Source of the DNA: Deltaproteobacteria bacterium
Lineage (GTDB): Bacteria > CG2-30-53-67
DNA: 42,506 nucleotides
Direction of reading: 5' to 3'
Assembly (NCBI GenBank): GCA_013151235.1
Contig: JAADIO010000042.1
Location: 1 to 42,506 of the forward strand
Shown: one piece after another, positions 28,386 through 38,678 of the stretch
Position numbering within the stretch: position 1 is the first letter of the stretch
Layout of the letters: each line of letters starts with the position of its first letter
The notes under the pieces: model-generated
Databases searched by the model: none
Seen by the model: only the letters and a program-made list of their open reading frames with translations
What the model was told of the DNA's origin: nothing
Program-made: the position numbers and the translations under genes

Positions 28386-28414
28386 TTGACTCCATTTTTC
28401 ACCGATGTTACCGT
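28386..28414 (+). promoter_or_regulatory. Putative sigma70 promoter upstream of comEA
   Basis: TTGACT-17 bp-TACCGT with a TG extension. Confidence 0.45.
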
Positions 28415-28584
28415 GAGCAACACTTTTGCAGTATCTATCTTCTAAGGCAGAAATCCTCACGAATCTGCATCTCCTTCATCTCTAACTTTCAAGGTCCATC
28501 CAAATCCATTTCAAGGGGGTGATCCAACTTTTATCAGCCACCGTCCGCTTTTACATGAATGATTTTTCAAAAGGAGAAAAGAAG

Positions 28585-28914
28585 ATGCGAAAAAGCTGTC
28601 CATTCACCATGCTCTTTGCCGTCCTGCTCCTGTTCGCTTTCGGGAGTACCACCGTTACGGCGTCAGGTCCCGCCGTCTCTATGAAATTAAAAACGGAACG
28701 GGTTGACTTGAACCGGGCGAGTGCCGAACAACTTTGCGCCCTGCCCGGAATCGGCGAAAAAAAGGCGCAGGCGATTATCGATTACCGTTTGAAGAAAGGG
28801 AATTTCTCCGCTGTTGAAGACCTTCTCCGGGTCAAGGGTATTGGGGAGAAACTTTTTGAAAAGATCAAACCCCGCGTAATGGTTTCGGTAAAGCATCACG
28901 ACCTTTCCCACTGA
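28585..28914 (+). CDS. comEA: ComEA-family HhH DNA-binding protein
   Basis: Signal peptide, VDLNRASAEQL..LPGIGEKKAQAII.YR and L.RVKGIGEK; RBS AAGGAG. Confidence 0.9.
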   Translation: MRKSCPFTMLFAVLLLFAFGSTTVTASGPAVSMKLKTERVDLNRASAEQLCALPGIGEKKAQAIIDYRLKKGNFSAVEDLLRVKGIGEKLFEKIKPRVMVSVKHHDLSH

Positions 28915-28932
28915 CCCTCTTGCTCCTTTCCG

Positions 28933-28963
28933 GCGGGATCGGGAAGCCGGTCCCGCTTTTTTT
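28933..28963 (+). terminator. Intrinsic terminator after comEA
   Basis: GCGGGATCGG-GAAG-CCGGTCCCGC followed by T7. Confidence 0.85.
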
Positions 28964-28993
28964 CTTCGGCCGACGGAAATTTTCGAAATTTCA

Positions 28994-29022
28994 TTGAAAA
29001 GTTTCCCCTTCTTCGGTATAGT
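28994..29022 (+). promoter_or_regulatory. Putative sigma70 promoter of the sdh-suc-kor operon
   Basis: TTGAAA-17 bp-TATAGT. Confidence 0.6.
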
Positions 29023-29087
29023 CTGAACTCAAGTTTCGTTTTCTCCTTTTTCCGGTGAATCGTTTTCCTTACGAAAGGCTGCTGTAG

Positions 29088-29459
29088 GTGTCGGCACAAC
29101 GCTATCAATGGCATGTCGGATTCCTTGCCTGGGTGCTTCACCGGATGACGGGGATTCTCCTTTCCCTTTACCTGGTGATCCACATCTGGGTGGTCCGCAC
29201 GATCAGTCACGGTCCGGAAGGGTTCAACCGGGTTATGGCGGCGGTCCAGACCCCGTTGTTCCTTTTTTTTGAAATCGGCCTGTTGGGGGCGGTCCTCTAT
29301 CATGCCCTGAACGGGGTGCGGCTGCTCCTGGTCGATATCGGCTGGGGGGTCCGCCATCAGAAGGGGCTCTTCTTCGTCCTGGCTGGCCTTGCGGTGGTGA
29401 TTCTCCTGATCGGGGCGGTCCCGATCCTGGACCTGCTTGGCAGGAATTTCCCCGGTTGA
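29088..29459 (+). CDS. sdhC: Succinate dehydrogenase cytochrome b subunit
   Basis: WVLHRMTG, LVIHI and YHALNGVRLLLVD; three TM helices. Confidence 0.9.
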   Translation: MSAQRYQWHVGFLAWVLHRMTGILLSLYLVIHIWVVRTISHGPEGFNRVMAAVQTPLFLFFEIGLLGAVLYHALNGVRLLLVDIGWGVRHQKGLFFVLAGLAVVILLIGAVPILDLLGRNFPG

Positions 29460-29830
29460 GGAATCCTATGGCATTCGTTGATCAGAGACGGCCGGGGGGA
29501 ATCCTCCTCTGGTTCCTGCAACGGCTCACGGCGGCGGGTCTTTTGATCCTGCTCCTGGCCCATTTCTATATCCTCCATTACTATCATGACGGATTCGTGA
29601 CCTACCGGACGGTGGCCGCCCGCCTGGCCTCGCCTTACTGGAAGGCCTTCGACATCCTTTTCCTGACACTGGCCGTCTTTCACGGATTCAACGGGCTCCG
29701 GACGGTGGTGCTGGAATATATCCATCGGGAACCGCTGCAGCAGCGGTTGATCCTGCTGCTCTGGACGGTGGCCCTGGTCCTGCTTTCGATCGGTGTCTAT
29801 TCCGTTGCGGTCTTCACGGTTCAATCGTAA
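29456..29830 (+). CDS. sdhD: Succinate dehydrogenase membrane anchor subunit
   Basis: [12 protein letters not shown] and [14 protein letters not shown]. Start may instead be ATG 29468. Confidence 0.88.
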   Translation: MRNPMAFVDQRRPGGILLWFLQRLTAAGLLILLLAHFYILHYYHDGFVTYRTVAARLASPYWKAFDILFLTLAVFHGFNGLRTVVLEYIHREPLQQRLILLLWTVALVLLSIGVYSVAVFTVQS

Positions 29831-29844
29831 AGGGATTATCCTCC

Positions 29845-31569
29845 ATGACAGAACCTTTCACCCCTACCGTACACCGTCATGATGTGCTGATTGTCGGGGC
29901 CGGAGGCGCCGGTCTGCGGGCGGCCCTTGAGGTGGCAGGCAAAGCGGATGTGGCGGTCCTGAGCAAGGTCTATCCCACACGGTCGCACACAGGCGCCGCC
30001 CAGGGGGGGATCGCCGCGGCCCTCGGGAACGTGGATGAGGACTCCTGCGAGAAACATATCTTCGATACGGTGAAGGGAAGCGATTATCTCGGGGACCAGG
30101 ATGCCATCGAGGTCCTCTGCTCCGAGGCGCCGCAGACGGTCTACGAACTGGAACACATGGGGGTTCCCTTCAGCCGCCTGCCCGACGGCCGGATCTCCCA
30201 GCGTCCCTTCGGGGGGCATTCGGCCACGCGGGCCTGTCACGCGGCGGACCGGACGGGGCACGTGATCCTCCATACCCTCTATGAACACTGCCTGCGGAAG
30301 AAGGTCCGTTTCTATTCCGAGTACTATGCCCTGGCCCTGGTGCGGGAGGAAGGCCGGGTACGGGGGCTGGTCGCCTGGGATATCATCCATGGAGGGATCC
30401 ATCTCTTTCAGGCCGGGGCGGTTCTCCTGGCCACGGGGGGCTACGGCCGGGTATTCAGGACCACGTCGAATGCCCATGCCAACACGGGCGACGGCATGGC
30501 CATGGCCTATGCGGCGGGGATCCCCCTGGAGGATATGGAATTCGTCCAGTTCCATCCCACGGGGATCTATAAACTGGGGATCCTCATTACCGAAGGGGCC
30601 CGGGGAGAGGGGGGGATCCTCCTCAATGACCGGGGCGAACGCTTCATGGAACACTACGCCCCGTCGATGAAGGATATCGCCCCCAGGGATGTGGTCTCCC
30701 GCGCCATCTACAGGGAGATCCGTGCCGGGCGGGGCATCGGCGGGAAGGACTATGTTTATCTCGACATCCGTCACCTCGGCAAGGAAAAGATCCTGGAGAA
30801 GCTTCCCGATATCCACGGTTTCGCCCTGACCTATATCGGTATCGACGCCGTGCGGGAACCTATCCCGGTTCAGCCGACGGCCCACTATGCCATGGGGGGG
30901 ATTCCCACGGATGTGGACGGGCGGGTGATCGTGGATGAGCGGGGGACCGCCGTCCCCGGCCTCTATGCAGCGGGGGAATGCGCCTGTGTTTCCGTGCACG
31001 GCGGAAACCGGCTCGGTTGCAACTCGCTCCTTGACATCGTTGTCTTCGGCCGCCGGGCCGGGAAGCGGATCCTCGCCGATCTTGACCGGTGGCCGGGCGG
31101 CCTGCCTTCTCCGGATGCCGCCGGGGAGGTTTGCCTCCGTGTCGAGGATCTCCTGAGCGGTTCCGGGGAAGAGACGGCGGAGGGGATCCGGTCCCGCCTC
31201 CAGGAGGTGATGATGTTCCGCTGTTCCGTCTTCCGCAACGAGAAACTTCTCCGGGAGGCGCAGGCCGACCTGGCGCGGCTGCGGACCCGTTATGCCGGCA
31301 TCCGGGTCATGGACCGGGGCAGGGTTGCGAACACCGATCTTATCGAGGCATGGGAACTGGGGGACCTGATCACCCTCGCCGAGACCATGGTCGCCGGAGC
31401 GCTGGCCCGCAAGGAGAGCCGGGGGGCGCATTTCCGGGAAGACTTCCCCGACCGGGATGACGAGAACTTTCTCAAACATACGCTGATCCGCAAGGGGACG
31501 GACGGGCCGGAGGTCGGCTACAAACCGGTGACGATCACCCGTTTCGAACCGAAGGAAAGGACCTATTGA
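29845..31569 (+). CDS. sdhA: Succinate dehydrogenase flavoprotein
   Basis: IVGAGGAG, covalent-FAD motif [31 protein letters not shown] and HGGNRLG. Confidence 0.96.
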   Translation: MTEPFTPTVHRHDVLIVGAGGAGLRAALEVAGKADVAVLSKVYPTRSHTGAAQGGIAAALGNVDEDSCEKHIFDTVKGSDYLGDQDAIEVLCSEAPQTVYELEHMGVPFSRLPDGRISQRPFGGHSATRACHAADRTGHVILHTLYEHCLRKKVRFYSEYYALALVREEGRVRGLVAWDIIHGGIHLFQAGAVLLATGGYGRVFRTTSNAHANTGDGMAMAYAAGIPLEDMEFVQFHPTGIYKLGILITEGARGEGGILLNDRGERFMEHYAPSMKDIAPRDVVSRAIYREIRAGRGIGGKDYVYLDIRHLGKEKILEKLPDIHGFALTYIGIDAVREPIPVQPTAHYAMGGIPTDVDGRVIVDERGTAVPGLYAAGECACVSVHGGNRLGCNSLLDIVVFGRRAGKRILADLDRWPGGLPSPDAAGEVCLRVEDLLSGSGEETAEGIRSRLQEVMMFRCSVFRNEKLLREAQADLARLRTRYAGIRVMDRGRVANTDLIEAWELGDLITLAETMVAGALARKESRGAHFREDFPDRDDENFLKHTLIRKGTDGPEVGYKPVTITRFEPKERTY

Positions 31570-31570
31570 G

Positions 31571-32302
31571 ATGGAACGTCTTTTTCGGATCTTCCGCTTC
31601 AACCCGGAAACCGATTCCGCACCGCGCTATCAGGAGTACCGGCTCGATGTGCAGCCGGGCTGGAGGATTCTTGACTGCATCAACGAGATCAAGTGGAAGC
31701 TCGACGGAACCCTTACGTTCCGGCGTTCCTGCGCCCACGGGGTCTGCGGTTCCGATGCCATGATGATCAACGGGAAGAACCGCCTTGCCTGCCGGACCCT
31801 CGTCCAGGACCTGAAGAAACGGGGGGTGATCCGGATCGATCCCCTGAAAGGGTTTCCCGTCATCCGTGACCTCATCGTCGATATGGACGGCTTTTTTGAA
31901 CGGAACGAGGCGGTTCAGCCCTGGTTTGTCAACGACGATCCGCCGCCGGAAAAGGAACGGCTCCAGAGTCCCGGAGAGCGTGCGAGGATAGATGAATCGA
32001 CGAAGTGTATCCTCTGCGGATCCTGTACCTCGGCCTGCCCCACCTCCTGGTTCGATCCGGACTACCTGGGGCCTGCGGCGCTTCTCAAGGCGCACCGTTT
32101 CATCTTCGATTCCAGGGACCGGGCGGGGGAGGAGCGGATCAGGATTCTCAATGACCGGACCGGTCCCTACAAGTGTCATACGATCTTCAACTGTGTCGAA
32201 ACCTGTCCCAAGGAGATCAATGTCACCGGCGGGATTGCGGAACTGAAAAAGGAGATCCTCCGGTCGTTCCTGAAACGGTCGAAGCCGGAAAAACCGGATT
32301 GA
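31571..32302 (+). CDS. sdhB: Succinate dehydrogenase iron-sulfur subunit
   Basis: SCAHGVCGSD...LAC (2Fe-2S), CILCGSCTSACP (4Fe-4S) and CHTIFNCVETCP (3Fe-4S). Confidence 0.96.
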   Translation: MERLFRIFRFNPETDSAPRYQEYRLDVQPGWRILDCINEIKWKLDGTLTFRRSCAHGVCGSDAMMINGKNRLACRTLVQDLKKRGVIRIDPLKGFPVIRDLIVDMDGFFERNEAVQPWFVNDDPPPEKERLQSPGERARIDESTKCILCGSCTSACPTSWFDPDYLGPAALLKAHRFIFDSRDRAGEERIRILNDRTGPYKCHTIFNCVETCPKEINVTGGIAELKKEILRSFLKRSKPEKPD

Positions 32303-32330
32303 TCCCGCAGAGAGGGAAGGATATCCGCAG

Positions 32331-33488
<1,158 letters not shown>

Positions 33489-33552
33489 AAGGGAGCGGAC
33501 GGCTTGCTTGCAGGGCTGCCGGGGATAGCGTAGCTTGCGGGGCCATACGACA

Positions 33553-34431
33553 ATGAGTATATTGATTGATCAGAATACGCAGGTCCTCATCCAGGGAATC
33601 ACGGGCCGGGAAGGTTCCTTCCATGCCCGGCAGTGCCTCGCCTACGGCACAAATATTGTTGCCGGGGTGACGCCGGGGAAAGAGGGAAAAGACGTGGAAG
33701 GCGTCCCGGTCTACGATACGGTGGAGCGGGCCTTGAGTCATCACAGGATCGATGCCTCCATGATCATGGTCCCGGCCCCCTATGCGGCGGACTCCATCCT
33801 GGAAGCGGTGGATGCCGGGATTTCCCTGATCGTCTGTATCACCGAGGGAATTCCCCTGCTGGACATGGTCGATGTGGTCCGTTTCCTGGAAGGGAAGAAG
33901 AGCCGCCTGATCGGGCCGAACTGCCCCGGGGTGATCACCCCGGGCGCCTGCAAGATCGGGATCATGCCCGGCCGGATCCACCGGCCCGGACGGGTCGGGG
34001 TGATCTCCCGGAGCGGGACCCTGACCTATGAGGCGGTGCACCAGATCTCCGATGCGGGGGAGGGGCAGAGCAGTTGCATCGGGATCGGCGGCGACCCGAT
34101 TGTGGGGACCTCCTTTGTGGACCTGCTGGCCCTCTTTCAGGAAGATCCCGGTACGGAAGGGGTGGTCCTCATCGGGGAGATCGGCGGAAGGGCGGAGGAG
34201 GATGCAGCGGAATTCATCGGGACTTCCTTTACGAAACCGGTGGTTGCCTACATCTCCGGGAAGACGGCGCCGCCGGGGAAACGGATGGGCCATGCCGGGG
34301 CGATCATCTCCGGGGGAAAAGGAACGGCCGAGGCGAAGATCGAAGCCCTGCGCGGCGCAGGGGTCCGGATGGCGGAACACCCCGCGGTAATCGGAGAGAC
34401 CATAAGGAAGGCGCTGGAAGAAGATGGCTGA
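33553..34431 (+). CDS. sucD: Succinyl-CoA synthetase alpha subunit
   Basis: [27 protein letters not shown] and the phospho-His motif RMGHAGA. Confidence 0.97.
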   Translation: MSILIDQNTQVLIQGITGREGSFHARQCLAYGTNIVAGVTPGKEGKDVEGVPVYDTVERALSHHRIDASMIMVPAPYAADSILEAVDAGISLIVCITEGIPLLDMVDVVRFLEGKKSRLIGPNCPGVITPGACKIGIMPGRIHRPGRVGVISRSGTLTYEAVHQISDAGEGQSSCIGIGGDPIVGTSFVDLLALFQEDPGTEGVVLIGEIGGRAEEDAAEFIGTSFTKPVVAYISGKTAPPGKRMGHAGAIISGGKGTAEAKIEALRGAGVRMAEHPAVIGETIRKALEEDG

Positions 34432-34717
34432 GAAGAAAAGGGAAAAACCGAAAAAAGAATTCCGCATCGTTGTGGACCCGAAGCGGTGCAAGTCCTGCGG
34501 GATCTGTGTCGCCCTCTGCCCGAAAAAGGTCCTGGAACTGAGTTATCCGGGGTTTCACTGTGAACCGGTTCGCATGGCCGACTGCATCGGCTGCCTCATG
34601 TGTGAACAGCACTGTCCCGATTTTGCCATCCTCTGCCATCCGAAAAAGGCCGGAACGGATGAAGAGAAAGAAGATACAATCCCTGAAACCGCACCGGCCC
34701 GGAAGGGGGACGTGTGA
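34424..34717 (+). CDS. korD: 2-oxoacid:ferredoxin oxidoreductase delta subunit (2x 4Fe-4S)
   Basis: [12 protein letters not shown] and [16 protein letters not shown]; directly upstream of the alpha subunit. Confidence 0.85.
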   Translation: MAEKKREKPKKEFRIVVDPKRCKSCGICVALCPKKVLELSYPGFHCEPVRMADCIGCLMCEQHCPDFAILCHPKKAGTDEEKEDTIPETAPARKGDV

Positions 34718-35886
34718 TGAGACCGGCTACCCCGGGAAAGAAGGAGAAAGGCAAGGTCCGCCTCATGCAGGGGAACGAGGCCTGCGCCGAAGGGGCGCTC
34801 GCTGCGGGATGCCGTTTCTTTGCCGGCTATCCTATTACGCCTTCCTCCGAGATTGCCGAGTACCTTTCCCTCTATCTTCCGCGGATGGGCGGGAATTTTA
34901 TCCAGATGGAGGATGAGATCGCCTCGATCGCCGCCGTGATCGGGGCCTCGATCGCCGGGGTGAAATCTATGACCGCCACGAGCGGTCCCGGTTTCTCCCT
35001 GAAACAGGAGAATATCGGTTTTGCCTGCATGGCGGAGATCCCCTGCGTGATCGCCGATGTCATGCGCTCCGGTCCATCCACCGGTCATCCCACGGGACCG
35101 TCCCAGGCGGACCTTATGCAGACACGATGGGGGACCCACGGGGATCACCCGGTGATCGTCATCGCGCCTTCTTCGGTGCGGGAAATTTTTGTAGAAACGA
35201 TACGGGCCTTCAATCTTGCCGAACAGTTCCGGACACCGGTGATCCTGCTGATGGATGAGATCCTGGCCCACATGCGGGAGAAGGTGGTGATCCCGGACCC
35301 GTCGGAATATGAAGTGGCCGACCGGCTTTGTCCGGAAGTCTCCCCGGAGGAATACCTCCCCTACGCCAACGACCGGGATGTCTCTCCCCTGGCCCCCTTC
35401 GGAGAGGGATACCGTTTCCATATCACCGGGCTCTATCACGACGAAACAGGCTTTCCAACCGGGTCTCCCGAACAGGTCCGGCGGCAGGCGGAACGGTTGA
35501 TCGGAAAGGTCGAACGGGGGAGACCGCAGATCGATCGGGTGGAGCGGAATGTTCCGGCCGGTCTGCAGGGACCTCCCGATACGGTCGTCGTCGCCTTCGG
35601 ATCGACGGCCAGGGCGGCGCATCATGCCGTGCGGGAGGCTCAGGACTCGGGAGCCGCCGTCGGTTTTTTCCGTCCTGTGACCGTATGGCCTTTCCCCGCA
35701 GAGGAACTGCAGGCGGTCAGCCGGGGCGCGCGGCGGGTTATCGTGCCGGAGTTGAGCTTCGGGCAGTTGGCCGGGGAGGTCCGTAAATGGATCGATCCGG
35801 CTTCCGAACTTGTTTCGCTGGGGAGGGTCGATGCCCTTCCCATTACGCCGGATGAGATCCTGGACAAGATCATGGAGAGGGCCTGA
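34714..35886 (+). CDS. korA: 2-oxoglutarate:ferredoxin oxidoreductase alpha subunit
   Basis: GNEACA, AGYPITPSSEI, QMEDEIAS, TATSGPGFSL and RSGPSTG. Substrate inferred from the suc/sdh context. Confidence 0.9.
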   Translation: MMRPATPGKKEKGKVRLMQGNEACAEGALAAGCRFFAGYPITPSSEIAEYLSLYLPRMGGNFIQMEDEIASIAAVIGASIAGVKSMTATSGPGFSLKQENIGFACMAEIPCVIADVMRSGPSTGHPTGPSQADLMQTRWGTHGDHPVIVIAPSSVREIFVETIRAFNLAEQFRTPVILLMDEILAHMREKVVIPDPSEYEVADRLCPEVSPEEYLPYANDRDVSPLAPFGEGYRFHITGLYHDETGFPTGSPEQVRRQAERLIGKVERGRPQIDRVERNVPAGLQGPPDTVVVAFGSTARAAHHAVREAQDSGAAVGFFRPVTVWPFPAEELQAVSRGARRVIVPELSFGQLAGEVRKWIDPASELVSLGRVDALPITPDEILDKIMERA

Positions 35887-35931
35887 CGGGTCCCTCCCCG
35901 TTTCGTTGGTTTTATTGAAGAGGTTTGAAGA

Positions 35932-36798
35932 ATGGCTTTTGATTATGAAAAGTATATCCGGCCGTCCACCTTCCCCCATATATGGTGCCCCGGATGCGGG
36001 AACGGGATCGTCGTCAAGGCGCTGATCCGGGCGATTGATAAAATGGGATGGAAGAAGGACGAGGTCGTTGTCGTCTCCGGGATCGGCTGTTCCAGCCGGA
36101 CCTCGGGCTATCTTGATTTCAACACCCTTCACACGACCCACGGCCGGGCGATCGCCTTTGCCACGGGGATCAAGATCGCCAAACCGAAACTTCATGTCAT
36201 CGTTGTGACCGGTGACGGGGATGCCCTCGCCATCGGCGGGAACCACCTGATCCACGCCGCACGGCGGAACATGGACCTGACGGTGATCCTCTTCAATAAT
36301 TCCATCTATGCCATGACGGGCGGGCAGTATTCCCCCGCGACTCCCGAAGGAAAGATGGCCAGTACCGCCCCCTACGGCCAGGTGGAACCGAACTTCGATA
36401 TCGCCCGCCTGGCTGAGGGAGCCGGGGCCTCCTTCGTGGCCCGCAGCACCGTTTACCATGCCGTCCAGTTGGAAGGCTATATCGCCAGGGCCCTGGCCCG
36501 GGACGGTTTCTCCCTCATCGAGGCCGTGACCCAGTGTCCCACGGTCTATGGCCGGCGGAACCGGACCCCCAATCCGGTCACCTTCCTGGAACAGTTCAAG
36601 AACGACAGCATTCCCCTTGCAAAGGCGGCCGGGATGACCGACGAGGAAAGGGAAGGAAAGATCATTACCGGGATCTTTGTGGATCACCCCCGGATCGGTT
36701 TTATCGAACGGTACCGGAAGATGAGTGAAAAGGCCCTGGCAATTCGCAAGCGGCGCTATATCAAGGGGAGCGCCCCGAAGAGCGAAGTGGGGAACTGA
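35932..36798 (+). CDS. korB: 2-oxoglutarate:ferredoxin oxidoreductase beta subunit
   Basis: WCPGCG, SGIGCSSR, HGRA, TPP motif GDGD...NN, and YAMTGGQYSP. Confidence 0.92.
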   Translation: MAFDYEKYIRPSTFPHIWCPGCGNGIVVKALIRAIDKMGWKKDEVVVVSGIGCSSRTSGYLDFNTLHTTHGRAIAFATGIKIAKPKLHVIVVTGDGDALAIGGNHLIHAARRNMDLTVILFNNSIYAMTGGQYSPATPEGKMASTAPYGQVEPNFDIARLAEGAGASFVARSTVYHAVQLEGYIARALARDGFSLIEAVTQCPTVYGRRNRTPNPVTFLEQFKNDSIPLAKAAGMTDEEREGKIITGIFVDHPRIGFIERYRKMSEKALAIRKRRYIKGSAPKSEVGN

Positions 36799-36807
36799 GA
36801 AAGACAG

Positions 36808-36985
36808 GCACAGAGGGGCAGAGGCACAGAGCAAAACCAAAACCGCCTCTCGCGAAGGACGCCAAGGGCGCAGAGAAAGACGAGATCAAAGACAAAAGTA
36901 TTCACCACGGGGAACACGGGGGACACGGGGAAAAACACAATCAAGAGCGAAAGGCATTCACCATGAAGGGCATGAAGGAAAGAAG
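36808..36985 (+). repeat. Array of four purine-rich triple-repeat blocks separated by A-rich spacers
   Basis: GCACAGAG-GGGCAGAG-GCACAGAG; CGCGAAG.CGCCAAG.CGCAGAG; CACGGGG x3; CATGAAG x2 plus GAAAGAAG. Confidence 0.8.
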
Positions 36986-36995
36986 AAGCAGGCAG

Positions 36996-37264
36996 ACCCC
37001 CCTGTAGCGTTCCGGTTTATCCGGGACGGGGTTTTCTCAACTCCCCCGGAGGGGGAGCGGGGTCCCCTCCATGAAGCCGAGCATCGCAGAAATGCCGGGA
37101 AAAAGGGCGAGATCGTGTCGACCCGAAGGGGAGACCATGCGAAGCATGTTATCGAGCCCCCCGGCCTTTCGAGAAGCGCAGGGGAGTCCCGCTGGAAGCG
37201 GGACCGAATGGCGGGGCGTCCTTTCTTTTGGTTCGTTTTCTTTGGACAAGCAAAGAAAATGAAC
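36996..37264. other. Multi-stem structured non-coding element
   Basis: Stems CTCCCCC/GGGGGAG, GCCGGG/CCCGGC, CATGC/GCATG and GTCCCGC/GCGGGAC, plus a terminal 14-bp stem GTTCGTTTTCTTTG/CAAAGAAAATGAAC. Confidence 0.65.
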
Positions 37265-37376
37265 AAATGCCTTTTTTTGCATGGTTTTGTGCGGAGCATT
37301 TATCTCACCGCAAGAACTTGACAACAATAAACCAGAACTTGGAGAAGCGGACGTAGCCGATAAGGAGCGGAATAAA

Positions 37377-37928
37377 ATGGCCAATCGAGTGGAAGTACGA
37401 TTCAGCGGGTCCGGCGGCCAGGGGATTATCCTGGCCGGGGTGATCCTGGCCGAGGCGGCGGCGATCTATGACGACAAGAATGCCGTACAGAGCCAGTCAT
37501 ACGGGCCCGAGGCACGGGGGGGAGCCAGCAAGGCCGAGGTGATTATCAGTGACGGGGAGATCGATTACCCCAAGGCGACGAATATCGACATCCTTCTGGC
37601 CCTGACGCAGGTGGCCTGCGACAAGTATTCATCGGATGTCAAAAAGGGTGGGGTGGTCATCATCGACCCCCTGGAGGTGAAGAAGGCCCCGAAGGGAGAG
37701 TTTAAGGTTTACTCCGTCCCGATTTTTGAAATCGCACAGGAAAAGATCGGGCGCCGGATTGTTGCGAATATCGTGGCCCTCGGCGCCGTTGTCGGGCTGA
37801 CCGATGTGGTGACCCGTGCGGCGATTGAAGAGGCGGTCCTGTCCCGGGTCCCCCGCGGGACGGAGGATCTGAACCTCAAGGCGTTGAAGGCGGGGCTGGA
37901 TGCGGCGGAAAGAATCAAATCCTCGTGA
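37377..37928 (+). CDS. korC: 2-oxoglutarate:ferredoxin oxidoreductase gamma subunit
   Basis: RFSGSGGQGIILAG, QSYGPEARGGASKAEV and ANIVALG; RBS TAAGGAG. Confidence 0.92.
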   Translation: MANRVEVRFSGSGGQGIILAGVILAEAAAIYDDKNAVQSQSYGPEARGGASKAEVIISDGEIDYPKATNIDILLALTQVACDKYSSDVKKGGVVIIDPLEVKKAPKGEFKVYSVPIFEIAQEKIGRRIVANIVALGAVVGLTDVVTRAAIEEAVLSRVPRGTEDLNLKALKAGLDAAERIKSS

Positions 37929-37959
37929 TTATCTCCTATGCCTTCAAATCCCGAAAGAT

Positions 37960-37987
37960 TTGACTTGCCCTATCTTTTCATGATACT
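37960..37987 (+). promoter_or_regulatory. Putative sigma70 promoter of ndk
   Basis: TTGACT-16 bp-GATACT, ending just before the hairpin element. Confidence 0.4.
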
Positions 37988-37989
37988 AA

Positions 37990-38153
37990 GTGGCCCGTAT
38001 TTGTAAATACGGTGGCATTTGAGTGCCGCGGGGCGGCCTCGTCTTCGTTACGTTCCCTGCGCCGTACCACAGGGGGTACGCCTCAGGCCCGTGCCTTGAC
38101 GAGACCGCCCTGCAGCCCTCTCGGTGCGTCACAGTATCTACGAACAGGGCCAC
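37990..38153. mobile_element. Second MITE-like hairpin element (164 bp)
   Basis: Ends GTGGCCC.TATTTGTAAATAC / GTATCTACGAACAGGGCCAC are imperfect inverted repeats with TAA on both flanks. Internal stem GCGGGGCGGCCTCGTC/GACGAGACCGCCCTGC. Confidence 0.7.
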
Positions 38154-38198
38154 TAAAATAAAATTTTATTTCCTCTCATTGAATGAAGGAGCAGATCC

Positions 38199-38612
38199 AT
38201 GGAACGAACGCTATCGATTGTGAAGCCCGACGGGGTGAAGAAAAATATCCTCGGTGAGGTGATCCGCCGCTTTCAGGAAGCGGGAATCCGGATTGCCGCC
38301 ATCAAGATGATCCGGATGACGAAAGCCGAGGCCGAAGGGTTCTACGCCGTACACAGAGAGCGGCCCTTCTTTTCAAGCCTGACCGAGTTCATGTCCTCCG
38401 GTCCCTGTGTGGTGATGGTGCTGGAAGGGGACGGGGTGATCAAAAAGAACCGGGAACTGATGGGGGCGACCAATCCCGCGGAAGCAGCAGTTGGAACCAT
38501 CCGGAAGGATTTTGCCGGCAACATCGAACAGAATGCCGTTCACGGTTCCGATGCGCCCGAGACGGCGGCTTTCGAGATTTCCTACTTTTTCAACGCACTG
38601 GAGATCCACTAA
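38199..38612 (+). CDS. ndk: Nucleoside diphosphate kinase
   Basis: [27 protein letters not shown]...GTIR and NAVHGSD. Confidence 0.98.
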   Translation: MERTLSIVKPDGVKKNILGEVIRRFQEAGIRIAAIKMIRMTKAEAEGFYAVHRERPFFSSLTEFMSSGPCVVMVLEGDGVIKKNRELMGATNPAEAAVGTIRKDFAGNIEQNAVHGSDAPETAAFEISYFFNALEIH

Positions 38613-38678
38613 GGACCGGGGTAGGGGACTGGAAACGAAAAGTTTTTCACTCTCCTTTCCAAAGAACTCACTTTTCCT

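Noticed and set aside
34555-36840. 761-aa minus-strand ORF, and similar long antisense ORFs at 29836-31602, 33481-34491, 5284-6267, 4289-5206, 25017-25943 and 14232-15137
   Set aside because: They lie antisense to well-supported genes in GC-rich sequence and have no recognisable motifs, as expected for shadow ORFs.
36808-36985. Possible CRISPR array
   Set aside because: The repeat blocks are not identical, the spacers resemble each other, and no cas genes are present.
36725-37384. ORFs across the korB-korC gap (198, 113 and 115 aa)
   Set aside because: They are low-complexity translations of repeats and hairpins with no RBS or domain signal.
37990-38153. 6S RNA or SRP RNA
   Set aside because: The rod shape and size are suggestive, but I could not identify the conserved 6S central bubble or SRP loop motifs. 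Terminal inverted repeats with a TAA duplication favour a MITE. An Rfam scan would settle it.
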